Positions 47,252 to 57,350 of a DNA stretch of 64,000 bases are shown here, piece by piece (within the stretch, counting starts at the first letter, position 1; each line of letters opens with the position of its first letter). The position numbers and the translations under genes were made by a program. The notes beneath the pieces were generated by a model that was not told the DNA's origin, did not search any database, and saw only the letters and a list, made by a program, of their open reading frames with translations. Location: the IMG/VR virus record IMGVR_UViG_3300022719_000071, positions 288,001 through 352,000 of that record. The stretch is one strand, 5' to 3'. The DNA comes from a virus. Lineage: Duplodnaviria > Caudoviricetes.

Positions 47252-48691
47252 TCAAGCTGCACTGGAGAATGTATCAGCCTCCGGTTCCACCGTCAAGAAT
47301 TCCAGAGCACGCTCACGAACCTCGTCAAGAGTGGTCTTCATCAAAAGGTTACCGTTCATGTAAACCGTCTTGAGTTGGTTGGCACGTGAGTCTGAAAGAT
47401 CTTCCTCACGAATCGTCTTGTACTCGCCATCCTTTTGGATGAGAGCCAAACGCCCACGCTTGGACTTCTTCGTGCTCTGCGTGATTGGATCCTTGTAGAC
47501 ATCCCTCCACTGACCATCCACCCTGGCAGCCGAAGCCTTCATGGCAAAGTTCAGTGTGTCACGATTGACATGTTGAAGCATGGCACCGCCCATTCCGAAT
47601 GCAATGTTGTCCGTGCTCAAATTTGCAGCCTCCATGGCTTCCAGAATCTTGACGATGCTGTAGTAGTTGATACCGTCGCCCTGGATCACACGAACGTAAG
47701 AGGGGAGTACCTTGAACCCCTTGCTGTTGTACACGAAGCCAAACTCATGCATCAACTCCTCGATGACATCGACGACGACCTTGGGAGGATCACCCGAATC
47801 AGGGCGAACCACAAGGGTGCCGCCACCCTCAATGATCTGGTTCTTCAGGCTTCCCCACTTACGGCACGCAGCCATGATATCGTACGAGTCCGATACGGTA
47901 GCGTACAGCTTGCCCTCACCAGCGAACTTGACAATCATGTTCTCGAATGCCTTGATCTCCTGATCAGGACCGCCCCACACCGTGATGGTGCTGTGCTCGG
48001 CAGCGGGGATGGAGAAGCCAGCCATGTCCGCACCGTAGTAAGCACGAGCATAGCGTAGCGACTCGACCGTATCCGTGCCCATAAAATGGACAAGATGCGC
48101 AAGACCACCGATACCAGCAGACTCGTTGCTGGATGTGCCACGAGCGCCGAAGTCATGCAGCTTGAACATGGCATCCATGTTCGGGTTCTCGCTGTCAGAC
48201 GTACGCTTCAGCGACTGCATGATGGCCTTCTTGATGGCCATGTCCTGCGTTGCGACTGTAGTAGGATACCATACGGCACGCAACAGCGCCGTCTCCAGGT
48301 AGCTGGTCAGCCACGGAACCTCCGGGTCGGTGTTCTTGATCTGAACCATGACGTTACCCGTCTTGAGGCTGAATCCCTCCGGGATAGCCTGGATGCATAC
48401 AGGCAGCTTACCGTCGTGCGTGTCCAGGATGTACTGCCAGCCTTCACGATTGAATGGCTCGCCGTGCGCCGTCAGGATTTCATCAGCTTCTTCGATGTCC
48501 TCCTGGGTGAATGGCTCGGACAAATACTCCATTAGGAACATCTGAAGCCCGAAGAAAGTCGTGTGCGTCCATTCCGGATATTCCGAACCACGGCTCTCAA
48601 TGTAGGACGAAACGATTTCAGTACCGTGAGGGTACTGAAGGAAGTGACTCGCCTTGTACGAGTCTGTGTTAAGTAGAATATTCTTCCTCAT
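47252..48691 (-). CDS. nadV: nicotinamide phosphoribosyltransferase (NAMPT)
   Basis: TDSYKASH, LHDFGARG, SIPAAEHST, VSDSYD, VVRPDSGDP, VIQGDG, FGMGG, KKSKRG. Confidence 0.95.
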   Translation of the reverse strand: MRKNILLNTDSYKASHFLQYPHGTEIVSSYIESRGSEYPEWTHTTFFGLQMFLMEYLSEPFTQEDIEEADEILTAHGEPFNREGWQYILDTHDGKLPVCIQAIPEGFSLKTGNVMVQIKNTDPEVPWLTSYLETALLRAVWYPTTVATQDMAIKKAIMQSLKRTSDSENPNMDAMFKLHDFGARGTSSNESAGIGGLAHLVHFMGTDTVESLRYARAYYGADMAGFSIPAAEHSTITVWGGPDQEIKAFENMIVKFAGEGKLYATVSDSYDIMAACRKWGSLKNQIIEGGGTLVVRPDSGDPPKVVVDVIEELMHEFGFVYNSKGFKVLPSYVRVIQGDGINYYSIVKILEAMEAANLSTDNIAFGMGGAMLQHVNRDTLNFAMKASAARVDGQWRDVYKDPITQSTKKSKRGRLALIQKDGEYKTIREEDLSDSRANQLKTVYMNGNLLMKTTLDEVRERALEFLTVEPEADTFSSAA

Positions 48692-48930
48692 AATAGAACT
48701 CCTCTATTTTAAATGCCTCGGGTCTATTCCCAAGGATTGTTCTCGGGAGAGTCACACCGTTATTGGTGCAACCCTCTCATCGATTTGATGTTCCCATTTG
48801 GCTAGCTTCGTTCCAGACTATTGGTATGTCGAACGAAACCACCAGTCTTCTGTATGTCTTTAACATGTAGTACGCTGGATATATGGTTTGCATGGTTTAT
48901 CCCATCGTGCTCGGACTGATTCTTTGCTCA

Positions 48931-50007
48931 TTACAGATCTCCTGTCATCTTCTTGATGATGTGATAGTGGTCCTCGAAGAACATCTCTGGCTTGATGTCC
49001 GCAAGCGGAATCCAATATGCCTTTTTGGCGTCAGATGAACCCTTGACCTTGGGCAGCCCCTTGGGATCTGGCGGCAGCACAATCAGAAATGTATAGCTGA
49101 AAATACGCCCACGTCCAGACCGGTGAGGATCATCGAATACATCACGCTTCTTGATATTTCCACGAAGCACCGGGGAAGGAACCTTGAGCTTGGTTTCTTC
49201 ACGAAGTTCACGGAGCATGCCATCTTCCAGTGTTTCCTCGGGATTGATAAATCCACCCGGCATTGCCACCAAACCCTTGCCAGGATTGGCACCACGCTCG
49301 ATCACCAGGACGTGACCAGACTGCACAATGCAAGCATCCACCGTCGTGTGTGTGGCGGTGTGATTCACGCCCCGGAAGCTGTGATCAGCACGGTATTTTA
49401 TCACGTACTCATGCTCGTCACGCATGCGCTCGAAGTCCTCGGACTTCTGAAACTCTGCCAAGAAACGAACGGTGGCATTGGGGATACCCTCTGCCAGTTC
49501 TCTGCTGATCTCTTTGTTGAAGAAAGCATTTCGGATTTCGGTGGCGTTCACCATGTGACGGTCGGTGAACGCAGGAACGTCGATGGTTGACCAATGCGGA
49601 AACAGGGATAGGTAATAGCTGGTGTGGTCCTTGTTGTGACCAATCAGAGATACCCTGGGTGGATTATCCGTCCACCCGAATTCACGGCGGTCTACCTCGA
49701 TGGCTGTCTTGACCAGCCTCTGAACCTCAGTGATCCAGCCTTGGTTGTTGTACATGTGATCCACGAGGGGAACGATGATGAGCCGGTTGGCGTCGAATTG
49801 GCTGACCTCTTCCAGCACCCAGTTATTGATGACTTGCTTACGCTCCTCGAACGTGAACGGGTTGCGCCAGCTACGTGCCGCATCAGATGAACCCACGAGG
49901 ATGATTACTTTGTCGGACTGCTCAAGAGCCTTCTCGATGACTCTAGCATGTCCATAGTGAAATGGTTGAAAACGGCCAATGAAGACCGTGTAGTCGTACT
50001 TTTGCAT
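48931..50007 (-). CDS. nadM: bifunctional NMN adenylyltransferase / Nudix (ADP-ribose) hydrolase
   Basis: FIGRFQPFHYGH, NPFTFEER, NATEIR; Nudix box GGF...ETLEDGMLRELREET; FEDHYHII. Confidence 0.93.
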   Translation of the reverse strand: MQKYDYTVFIGRFQPFHYGHARVIEKALEQSDKVIILVGSSDAARSWRNPFTFEERKQVINNWVLEEVSQFDANRLIIVPLVDHMYNNQGWITEVQRLVKTAIEVDRREFGWTDNPPRVSLIGHNKDHTSYYLSLFPHWSTIDVPAFTDRHMVNATEIRNAFFNKEISRELAEGIPNATVRFLAEFQKSEDFERMRDEHEYVIKYRADHSFRGVNHTATHTTVDACIVQSGHVLVIERGANPGKGLVAMPGGFINPEETLEDGMLRELREETKLKVPSPVLRGNIKKRDVFDDPHRSGRGRIFSYTFLIVLPPDPKGLPKVKGSSDAKKAYWIPLADIKPEMFFEDHYHIIKKMTGDL

Positions 50008-50026
50008 GATAAGACTCCCTTATCTA

Positions 50027-50899
50027 TTATGCAGCTACCAATCGATTCGGTAACCTGACCTTAATCCACTGTTCCTGAATTCTTCCTCCAGGAAAAAACT
50101 TCTGCTCTTTGACCTGTCCGGTCTTCGGGCAGTGACCCTTAGTGACAGGATACGTGGTGCTGACCTCGCCATTAGCATATAAGTTCACGCTCTCCACTGC
50201 GACGTAATGAACGTCCCACACCGTCACTCGGACTCCCCTCCAATCGTACGTAGGCATGCCCAGGATGTTCTCAACTTGCTGAGCCCTACCAGACAACGGA
50301 TCACCAATGTGGGGCTGTCCGTAAGGTTCACGGAGATTGACGACCGGAATGCCAAGTTCACGTGCTGTGTCCAGTGTACGGAAAATATCACCAGAGTCAA
50401 CAGTCTGAGGCGTCATGACCACGTTCAGCTTACCTGGACGCTTCTCCATTAGCTTCAGAATGGCACGAACATCGGGTGCCTTGCCCATACCCATGGTCTC
50501 GGCGTACAACGCATCATCAAAGCTTGTAATCGACAAACTGTACTTGTCGAACAACTTCATCACATCCGGACGCTTGAGGGCTAAAACTCCATTGGTACGG
50601 AGACCGAAACGAAGACCAGGGATGTACTTGTCCAGGTACGCACGCAGCTTGTCCATGTGAGCATACATCAATGGATCAGTGTTGGAACCAGTGACGTTGA
50701 TTTCCGTGATATTATGCTTGCGGCATTCGAGCACAAAACGATGCAGATTCTGTAACGGATAGGTATTGAGATTGTTGTATGGGTCGAGTGCCATCATGTG
50801 CTGACCGATGCAGAAATAGCATGCACGGTTGCATGGCCCTGAAAGATGGATGTTGCCAAACCAATGGCTAAACTGACCCTGTGAATTCAAACAGCCCAT
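50027..50899 (-). CDS. radical SAM protein
   Basis: CNRACYFC; TGSNTDP; TNG; SITSFD. Confidence 0.88.
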   Translation of the reverse strand: MGCLNSQGQFSHWFGNIHLSGPCNRACYFCIGQHMMALDPYNNLNTYPLQNLHRFVLECRKHNITEINVTGSNTDPLMYAHMDKLRAYLDKYIPGLRFGLRTNGVLALKRPDVMKLFDKYSLSITSFDDALYAETMGMGKAPDVRAILKLMEKRPGKLNVVMTPQTVDSGDIFRTLDTARELGIPVVNLREPYGQPHIGDPLSGRAQQVENILGMPTYDWRGVRVTVWDVHYVAVESVNLYANGEVSTTYPVTKGHCPKTGQVKEQKFFPGGRIQEQWIKVRLPNRLVAA

Positions 50900-50951
50900 A
50901 GGAACCCCCTATGTTATTGGATTGCCGTTGGTCGATCCAGCGGACCTCATT

Positions 50952-50980
50952 TATATATATACCAAAGGTTCAAAAGTCAA
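50952..50980 (-). promoter_or_regulatory. sigma70-type promoter for the rSAM-nadM-nadV unit
   Basis: TTGACT-N17-TATATA on the minus strand. Confidence 0.7.
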
Positions 50981-51022
50981 TACCCTAATAGAAACTTTAA
51001 CGCCCCGTCATCAGAGGTTGGT

Positions 51023-51532
51023 CTAGTCCAGACCGTCCCGGTCGTATCGGCGAAGCTGGGGATTGATCTCAGCGTTCTTTTGTTCCTGCTGGAGCGCACC
51101 ACGCCCGTCACCGAAGGGAGACCAGTAGACCTCTTCGTACATACCGTTTTCGACTCGGAACGTGAACGTTGACTTCTCGTGTTCAGCCAGCAGATACTGT
51201 TCTGCGTGCTGACCGTCACGTAAGGTCTTGGGCAGGAAGACATAGCCACCCTTGATGGTATCCAGGTCGGACAGTTTTTCAGGCGGCTCGGTACCAGGAA
51301 CCCACAGATGAGAATGGAGTTCATACCGAGTGAAGTTCATCTCTTCGATCTTGACCTCGGTCGGGTTCAAAAGAACGAAGATCACCTTCTGCTCCTCGGT
51401 CGGCTTGTGAGCGTCCTCCATCGAGGATGGAATTTGCACCATGGCAATCTCGATTTGCCGCTCCAGGTCCACCAGAGAGGCATACAGAGATGATGTAGCA
51501 GTGGACTGCCCCGAAAGAATTATCTTGCTCAC
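51023..51532 (-). CDS. hypothetical protein
   Basis: GGAG SD, GC-rich codons. Confidence 0.75.
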   Translation of the reverse strand: MSKIILSGQSTATSSLYASLVDLERQIEIAMVQIPSSMEDAHKPTEEQKVIFVLLNPTEVKIEEMNFTRYELHSHLWVPGTEPPEKLSDLDTIKGGYVFLPKTLRDGQHAEQYLLAEHEKSTFTFRVENGMYEEVYWSPFGDGRGALQQEQKNAEINPQLRRYDRDGLD

Positions 51533-51741
51533 TTCGGTTCTCCTATCGCTGGACGAAGTATGTTCCTACCGAGTGCCATGTACACGAACATCGTGAGTTG
51601 ATGATCCTCAGTGTTGTTGGACTTAGGCATACGAATAAACCATTCGTTATGTCTCTCAGCCATTGCCAGGAACTCAGTATACTGCAATTCCCAGTCGAAC
51701 TGAATACCCTCATCCTTAAACCACTGTGGGAATGACGGCAA
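51529..51741 (-). CDS. hypothetical protein
   Basis: Coupled to downstream gene by GTGA overlap. Confidence 0.55.
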   Translation of the reverse strand: MPSFPQWFKDEGIQFDWELQYTEFLAMAERHNEWFIRMPKSNNTEDHQLTMFVYMALGRNILRPAIGEPK

Positions 51742-51876
51742 TGTTCAATTGCCAACGAAATTCGCCCTTTGGCCCTTTTGTCAGGTTGAGCACCATGAAA
51801 CTGGTCATCGGTATGAACCTCATTGGAAAATTTTGGCGTAAGTGCCTAAATAGAGGGTATCACAGAGGACTCCAGA

Positions 51877-52341
51877 ATGTCAATAGACGGCTTCCGACCA
51901 ATCGTAGACGCACTAATCGAGGGCGACGACGCCAAGGCCACAGATTATCTGCTCATGGAGAACAGTGAGCAGCAAATTCTACGGTCCCTAGGCGGTGACC
52001 GCATGCCCATGAACTATATGTTGAAGTTCGAGGAATATCTGGACGACCATGATATCTACCTATTTGATGGTTGGGATTCCGACGAATGCCACATCGCATA
52101 CACCCCCAAGATTGACAAATTCTGGTGCACCTTTTACCTGTTCTGCCCAGAGGGCACTGACCTTCGTGGTGCATCACGTATCACAAACGATCAGGAAGGC
52201 CAGAATCAAGTGAAGGTCAAGAGGGTCGAAGGCGGCAGCATCGTCATGTTCAGGATTCTAAAGCGCTATTTAGATCAGGTCGAAGCCAAGAACCGAGAAA
52301 AAGCAGAAGAACTTTCGAAGGAAGAAATGGAATTCATGTAA
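51877..52341 (+). CDS. conserved jumbo-phage hypothetical protein
   Basis: TAAATA 51847; KFEEYLDDHDIYLFDGW...KFWC pattern. Confidence 0.7.
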   Translation: MSIDGFRPIVDALIEGDDAKATDYLLMENSEQQILRSLGGDRMPMNYMLKFEEYLDDHDIYLFDGWDSDECHIAYTPKIDKFWCTFYLFCPEGTDLRGASRITNDQEGQNQVKVKRVEGGSIVMFRILKRYLDQVEAKNREKAEELSKEEMEFM

Positions 52342-52354
52342 AAAACAATGACCG

Positions 52355-54682
52355 ATGCGACTATCAGAATTTTTCGTATTATTGGAGGCTAAGGATCGAT
52401 TGACATATATCGCATCGACCCTTCAGAAAAAACTCCTCAAGAAATTTCAGAATGACTATGAGGCCAAGAAGCTTCGTGGCACGTCTGTTAATACGATCTT
52501 GAAAAGCGTCAAGCAAGGCGATTTTGTAGAAGCCGCCAAGGACATGGTGGAATTTTTCGCAGCCGCAGATCCCTCACGTAACAACAAGTTTACAGACTGG
52601 ATTGTCCGTCAATGGTTAACGGACAAGGTTTTGTGGGAGGATGCTTATAAGCTGAAGGACTTGTTGGAAGAATTTGATAAGCATCGCAAAACCCTTGAAA
52701 TCAAGGACATTAATGGGTTCAAGGATTATCGTGATCTGGAAGATGCTCTCAAGCCACATATTGGTAAAGCCTCTGCCGGTGTTCGTGTCAAGAACTTCAT
52801 GGACAAGGACCAAACCAAGTCTCTGATGAAGAAGACTGCTCCGGATCCAGAAAGCGATGATATCAAGGTGGCATACAAAAAGAGGCAGGAAGAGTCTACC
52901 GATGTACCTCAATGGTTTTATGATGCCGAGGTTGAAAATGTCACTCACATACTGGATAATGAAACAGATTCTGAAATCTTTTACGATGAAGCAGAGAGTT
53001 ACTTAGACCCAGACGAATTCACAGATGAGGATGGTAATCGTGATGAAGAAGCTTGGGATCTAGCACTAACAGATTATGCAGAAGATTTGAGGCAGCAGTA
53101 TATCAGGAGCAAATTAGAAAATGAAATTAGTGAGCTTTGGCAGGAATATCGTGAGAAACAGGATGATGAATTCAATCGTGAGTTAAAATACGCACCACAA
53201 GTTCCTGAGCTTGTTCCTTTCTATACAACTGATCGTCTGGCTGTCCTCATCCCGAACACCGAAGAAGCAGCTTGCTACGTAGGCTCAGGTACGCAATGGT
53301 GCACGGCTGCGACCAATGCCGAGAACTACTTTTGGGAGTACCGCCTGGATGGACCGATATACGTTGTACTGACAGACAAGTTAGGCAAGTATCAGTTCCA
53401 TTTTGAGTCCGCTCAGTACATGGATGAGAAAGATCGACAGATTGGTAATACCGGTGTCTTACAGAAGTTAGTCTCGAATTACCCAGAGCTTCAAGAAGCA
53501 TTCAAGGAGAAGGCCAAGCAGTTCTACGAGCTATGGCTTATGCCAGTAGGTGAAATTACGGAAGGAATGTGGGCAACCTTGTTTCAAGCAGGATTGAATT
53601 ATGAAAATGCAATAGCCCAAGTAGTTGCTGGGCGTGATGATGAATATGACTGGAATCCATCAGACACTACTGAACTAATTGCACGTGCATATGTGGTTCA
53701 CAAAGATCGCATGCCAGACAAATGGGTTGGAAGGTACAAGGACTACTTGTTGAATAGTGCTAAGAACAAAGCTTTCGAGAATGGGTGGCTAGAAAAGGAT
53801 GAGTTGGACAACAACGCTCTTAATTCCATGATGAGAAACTTCCAGAACGAGTCACGAAATAACAAGGAGGAGTTTATCAAGTGGCTAGTGACCAACGGAG
53901 TCGATATCAATCGTGAGACCTGGGCATACTTGGTTAGAATGTTACCGAATACTTTGATGTTTATTCCAAACGAATTCATTACACCAGATATGGTAGCCAG
54001 AGCACTATCAGCAAATGTAGAAGGAAGTCGTTCCATTCCAGGAGTCTATCAAGGTAAGTCCAAGATACCTTTGTTCAACCTACTGCATGAATATAAGAGT
54101 GCTCGTGATACAACAACACAAAATCCCTTTAAGCAAACTTACATTGACAATGGAAAGAAGATTATCTCCATTGTCAATGAGCAACAGATAAAGGAAGCTA
54201 TTAACGGTGAAGATGCGTTAGGGTTCTTACATTTGATGCAGGACCATTTTGGTGATTTCCCATGGGCATATGCCATCGAGCGTTCACCACGTGACAGCCG
54301 TGAGCTTGCGGTCATTGCACAACAGTTGGCATTCTACCTGAATCCAATGTTTAACTCTGGTATCAAAACCAAACTGAATCGTGATCAACTCATCAATGCC
54401 ATCATATCCAAGCGCCCGGATACCATTCAGGTTTTGAGTAAGTTCATAGAGACTCCTAATGCCCTTCATGGTTTCCATGAGAGAGTCAAAGAAGCGGTAT
54501 TGAATGCAGATAACTGGCGTCGTGGTGAAGCCATTTTGAATGAAGTGTCCGATTGGATCACCAAAGATCTTCATGACGAATTATGGGCTCATTTGAGACA
54601 ACAACGAGATAACGAAGTGAACATTGAACTAGCAAAGAAACGTGCATACGCTGATTCCGCTGGTAACCAGCCAGAAAGATAA
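52355..54682 (+). CDS. tagged head-cargo candidate, WCTA family (paralog of 60898 and 63037)
   Basis: MRLSEFFVLLEAKDR; DPSRNNKFTDW; AACYVGSGTQWCTAA; GPIYV...KYQFHFES.QYMDE. Confidence 0.8.
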   Translation: MRLSEFFVLLEAKDRLTYIASTLQKKLLKKFQNDYEAKKLRGTSVNTILKSVKQGDFVEAAKDMVEFFAAADPSRNNKFTDWIVRQWLTDKVLWEDAYKLKDLLEEFDKHRKTLEIKDINGFKDYRDLEDALKPHIGKASAGVRVKNFMDKDQTKSLMKKTAPDPESDDIKVAYKKRQEESTDVPQWFYDAEVENVTHILDNETDSEIFYDEAESYLDPDEFTDEDGNRDEEAWDLALTDYAEDLRQQYIRSKLENEISELWQEYREKQDDEFNRELKYAPQVPELVPFYTTDRLAVLIPNTEEAACYVGSGTQWCTAATNAENYFWEYRLDGPIYVVLTDKLGKYQFHFESAQYMDEKDRQIGNTGVLQKLVSNYPELQEAFKEKAKQFYELWLMPVGEITEGMWATLFQAGLNYENAIAQVVAGRDDEYDWNPSDTTELIARAYVVHKDRMPDKWVGRYKDYLLNSAKNKAFENGWLEKDELDNNALNSMMRNFQNESRNNKEEFIKWLVTNGVDINRETWAYLVRMLPNTLMFIPNEFITPDMVARALSANVEGSRSIPGVYQGKSKIPLFNLLHEYKSARDTTTQNPFKQTYIDNGKKIISIVNEQQIKEAINGEDALGFLHLMQDHFGDFPWAYAIERSPRDSRELAVIAQQLAFYLNPMFNSGIKTKLNRDQLINAIISKRPDTIQVLSKFIETPNALHGFHERVKEAVLNADNWRRGEAILNEVSDWITKDLHDELWAHLRQQRDNEVNIELAKKRAYADSAGNQPER

Positions 54683-54838
54683 ATATAACCATGAAAAGCA
54701 TTGAATGATACCATGGCTAGACAACAGGAATTGCTGAGCCATTTCTAAGGCGTCATGCAGATGATTATCCTGCTGGACACCCAAGACAACAACCAAAATT
54801 AAAATCCATGAAAGACGAAGAGATACTAGGATAAACAC

Positions 54839-55630
54839 ATGTGGCTGCTTGAAAATCGATATCGAAAAGGCGAACGCATCTCTCGTGTATTTTCTTCAAG
54901 AAAAGATGCCGAACATCAACTAGAACGTTTGGGACCGATTATCTCTGGGCACTATCGTGTCGTTTATGAGTCAGGCGATCCAACGGTAGATCGCATGTTG
55001 ACCGAAGGTTTGGTTCGAGGAGACCTGGAGAACATTCTTCTTCCACGTGTGTCCATCGATGAGTACGTTCCTGCTGACCCGGATACTGATAACGTAGTGG
55101 TGGCTTTCTTCATCAAGGGTGAGCCAAAGGCCACCATACCATTAAAGAACTTCGTAGAGCATTCTTCCGGAGTTCTTAGTACAGACTATGGTGATTCCGA
55201 GACCATCGTAAACACTCAGATTGTATACGCCGAGTTCGACCGTGAAAACCTAGAACTGGATGATATTCATGGCTTAATGGTTCAGATAGCCATGCTATCC
55301 GGGTTGGAAGTCGATGATTTCACTATGACCTTCCCACATACCAACAAGAAGTTTCCCTACGAAATCAATCTGATGGGCCGATACTTTCGCACTCGTAATG
55401 AGCGTAAGAACCGTGAAGCTCAAAAGCGTGCCGAGATCGAACGCCAGAAGAAGATTGACAAGGAACTTCAGAAACTCCATCAGCAGGATCAGGAACAGCC
55501 TTCGAAGCCTGAGCAAGCCCAAAACCAGGGGACAGAGCAAAGAGAGCCTCAGACGCCCGCTGAGGCTCTGGGAGAGATGCCTGTGAAGGAATCTTTGATC
55601 AATAGGCTGGCACAACTGCCAATCGTCTAA
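54839..55630 (+). CDS. conserved jumbo-phage hypothetical protein
   Basis: EGLVRGDLENILLPRVSIDEY...VVVAF...VYAEFDR. Confidence 0.7.
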   Translation: MWLLENRYRKGERISRVFSSRKDAEHQLERLGPIISGHYRVVYESGDPTVDRMLTEGLVRGDLENILLPRVSIDEYVPADPDTDNVVVAFFIKGEPKATIPLKNFVEHSSGVLSTDYGDSETIVNTQIVYAEFDRENLELDDIHGLMVQIAMLSGLEVDDFTMTFPHTNKKFPYEINLMGRYFRTRNERKNREAQKRAEIERQKKIDKELQKLHQQDQEQPSKPEQAQNQGTEQREPQTPAEALGEMPVKESLINRLAQLPIV

Positions 55631-55932
55631 TGCAAATCACGCTCAACAAGTCTTTGCTTCCTCACGAAGAAATGTTCATGAGGCAAGCCTTGCATAGTTT
55701 GGAATCAGACAAACGACTATCCACCGTATCTGATGTTTTGGGTCATCTTGTTTGGAGCGTGGCGAAACATAATCGCAAACAATTGCATCACATGGTGAAA
55801 GCCGCACTCATGGACATGAAGAATGAAAATTGGATCAGAGGATATGATTACATCCGTATAGGTCCAGTTCTTGTTGTCATTGTTACAGGTATGAATGGCA
55901 AAAAACTTGCCATACGTTATCGTCTCCTATGA
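55630..55932 (+). CDS. hypothetical protein
   Basis: TAATG overlap. Confidence 0.7.
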   Translation: MQITLNKSLLPHEEMFMRQALHSLESDKRLSTVSDVLGHLVWSVAKHNRKQLHHMVKAALMDMKNENWIRGYDYIRIGPVLVVIVTGMNGKKLAIRYRLL

Positions 55933-55971
55933 GCTAAATACCCGACTATTCAGAGTATCTGGTTTGAGACA

Positions 55972-56070
55972 ATGAGATTACTACAATTCTTTGGTGCTAT
56001 CAGTGAGGAACGCAACATACCAGACCTAGAGGTTGGTGATGAGTTGATGAACCAGGAGAATAGTTCATGA
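55972..56070 (+). pseudogene. 32-codon tag-bearing gene stub
   Basis: MRLLQFFGAISEERNIPDLEVGDELMNQENSS* after TAAATA 55935. Confidence 0.55.
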
Positions 56071-56552
56071 GATTGTATGAATTCCTTAAACTTACTGAAT
56101 CCAATATAAACCTATCTGGGTGGTACAACGCAAAAACTGGAATTTTTTTGCAATTAGATCGTGGTGAAGATGAGATGTATCACCACTTTGATCTTGCTTT
56201 CGATAATCCAAAAGAATTTGGTGGTAAGCGTGTTCTTGGTAATGTCGTGGATACTACAGACCTGATAGCAAAGGTAGCGAAGGACGGGTGGGTGAGAACC
56301 AATCATTTCGGTGGTGTTTTATATCTAGATGTTACGCCAGAAACCGCCAAGCCTGCTGTAGCGTGGGGTGCAGAATATACTAGTAACATCGTAGTTGGTA
56401 TCTGGCCGGTGGGCAAGAGCTTTGGTGAAATCAAGGAAATCAAGCTCAATAACCTCAAAGAGATTAAAGCGTTTCTGGAAAGTAAATTGACCGAAACTAT
56501 CAATTCACGTTCTTTTGACACGCTGGTTATCACTGATCCATTGCCGGGATAA
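56067..56552 (+). CDS. tagged head-cargo candidate
   Basis: MRLYEFLKLTES; GWVR motif like that in the 3647 gene. Confidence 0.7.
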   Translation: MRLYEFLKLTESNINLSGWYNAKTGIFLQLDRGEDEMYHHFDLAFDNPKEFGGKRVLGNVVDTTDLIAKVAKDGWVRTNHFGGVLYLDVTPETAKPAVAWGAEYTSNIVVGIWPVGKSFGEIKEIKLNNLKEIKAFLESKLTETINSRSFDTLVITDPLPG

Positions 56553-56556
56553 GACG

Positions 56557-57309
56557 ATGAAATTACAAGAACTCATTCAGCACTCGCAGACCAAAGCCGG
56601 TAACATCACTTTGGACTACAACGAGGACGTTGAACCAGAGAACCGTGGCTTTGTGATTGATCGTATTGATGCATATCAAGATGGTAGACACATTGGCTAT
56701 CTCAAGATCTCCTACGTACCAAAAGAACTGTTCCACAAGTTCTTTCCATCTGTACTGCACTTCGAGTCAATCCTGCACGGCAAGAATTACATCCCATACA
56801 ATATCATTCGCAATGGTCCACCATTCCAGCATTGGTCAAAGTACGACGAAGAAACACAACGTCAAATGCTAGCCAGCGTTATGGTATCCCATTACTGGAG
56901 TAAACAAGGCATCGCCAAAACTCTACCAATCGATCAAGTCAGAGCCCTGATTCGAAAATTCGAGCGGGAAATGGCCAAGTCTACACGTCCAGGATCATAC
57001 AGAGATTTCTATGCACACTTTGTAAACAAGCCATTCGTGGATTACATCAAGGTAGACAGCGGTGATCCATTTGATGCCGAGTCATTTGGACGTGAGAGAG
57101 ACAGCGAAGGTGAGGACATGCGTCGTAAAGGAATCGGAACTACGTTGTATAGAGCTGGTGCGCAATGGATGAAAGAACGTGGAATGAAACTTCATGCTTC
57201 TGGTACGCAATCAGATGAAGCACAGGCAGCATGGGAGAAATTTACTCAACAAGGTAAAATTGGCAAAACCAAATCCGGTCGTAAATACTACAAAGAACAA
57301 AGACGATGA
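56557..57309 (+). CDS. tagged GNAT-family acetyltransferase
   Basis: MKLQELI; FVDYIKV...MRRKGIGTTLY...SGTQSDEAQAAWEKF. Confidence 0.75.
   Translation: MKLQELIQHSQTKAGNITLDYNEDVEPENRGFVIDRIDAYQDGRHIGYLKISYVPKELFHKFFPSVLHFESILHGKNYIPYNIIRNGPPFQHWSKYDEETQRQMLASVMVSHYWSKQGIAKTLPIDQVRALIRKFEREMAKSTRPGSYRDFYAHFVNKPFVDYIKVDSGDPFDAESFGRERDSEGEDMRRKGIGTTLYRAGAQWMKERGMKLHASGTQSDEAQAAWEKFTQQGKIGKTKSGRKYYKEQRR
57143..57251 (+). repeat. repeat X (109 nt), exact copy at 59179-59287
   Basis: cgttgtatagagctggtgcg...gagaaatttactcaaca in both places. Confidence 0.95.
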
Positions 57310-57350
57310 AGATCCTTGAGTTCCTACAACCAGGGTACGATTACCATTAA
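57306..57350 (+). pseudogene. tag-only stub MKILEFLQPGYDYH*
   Basis: ATGA overlap with the GNAT stop; downstream DNA looks like decayed coding sequence. Confidence 0.5.

Noticed and set aside
50027-50899. Viperin-like assignment for the radical SAM protein
   Set aside because: Only the generic CxxxCxxC and GGE-like region are recognisable; viperin-specific motifs could not be identified by eye
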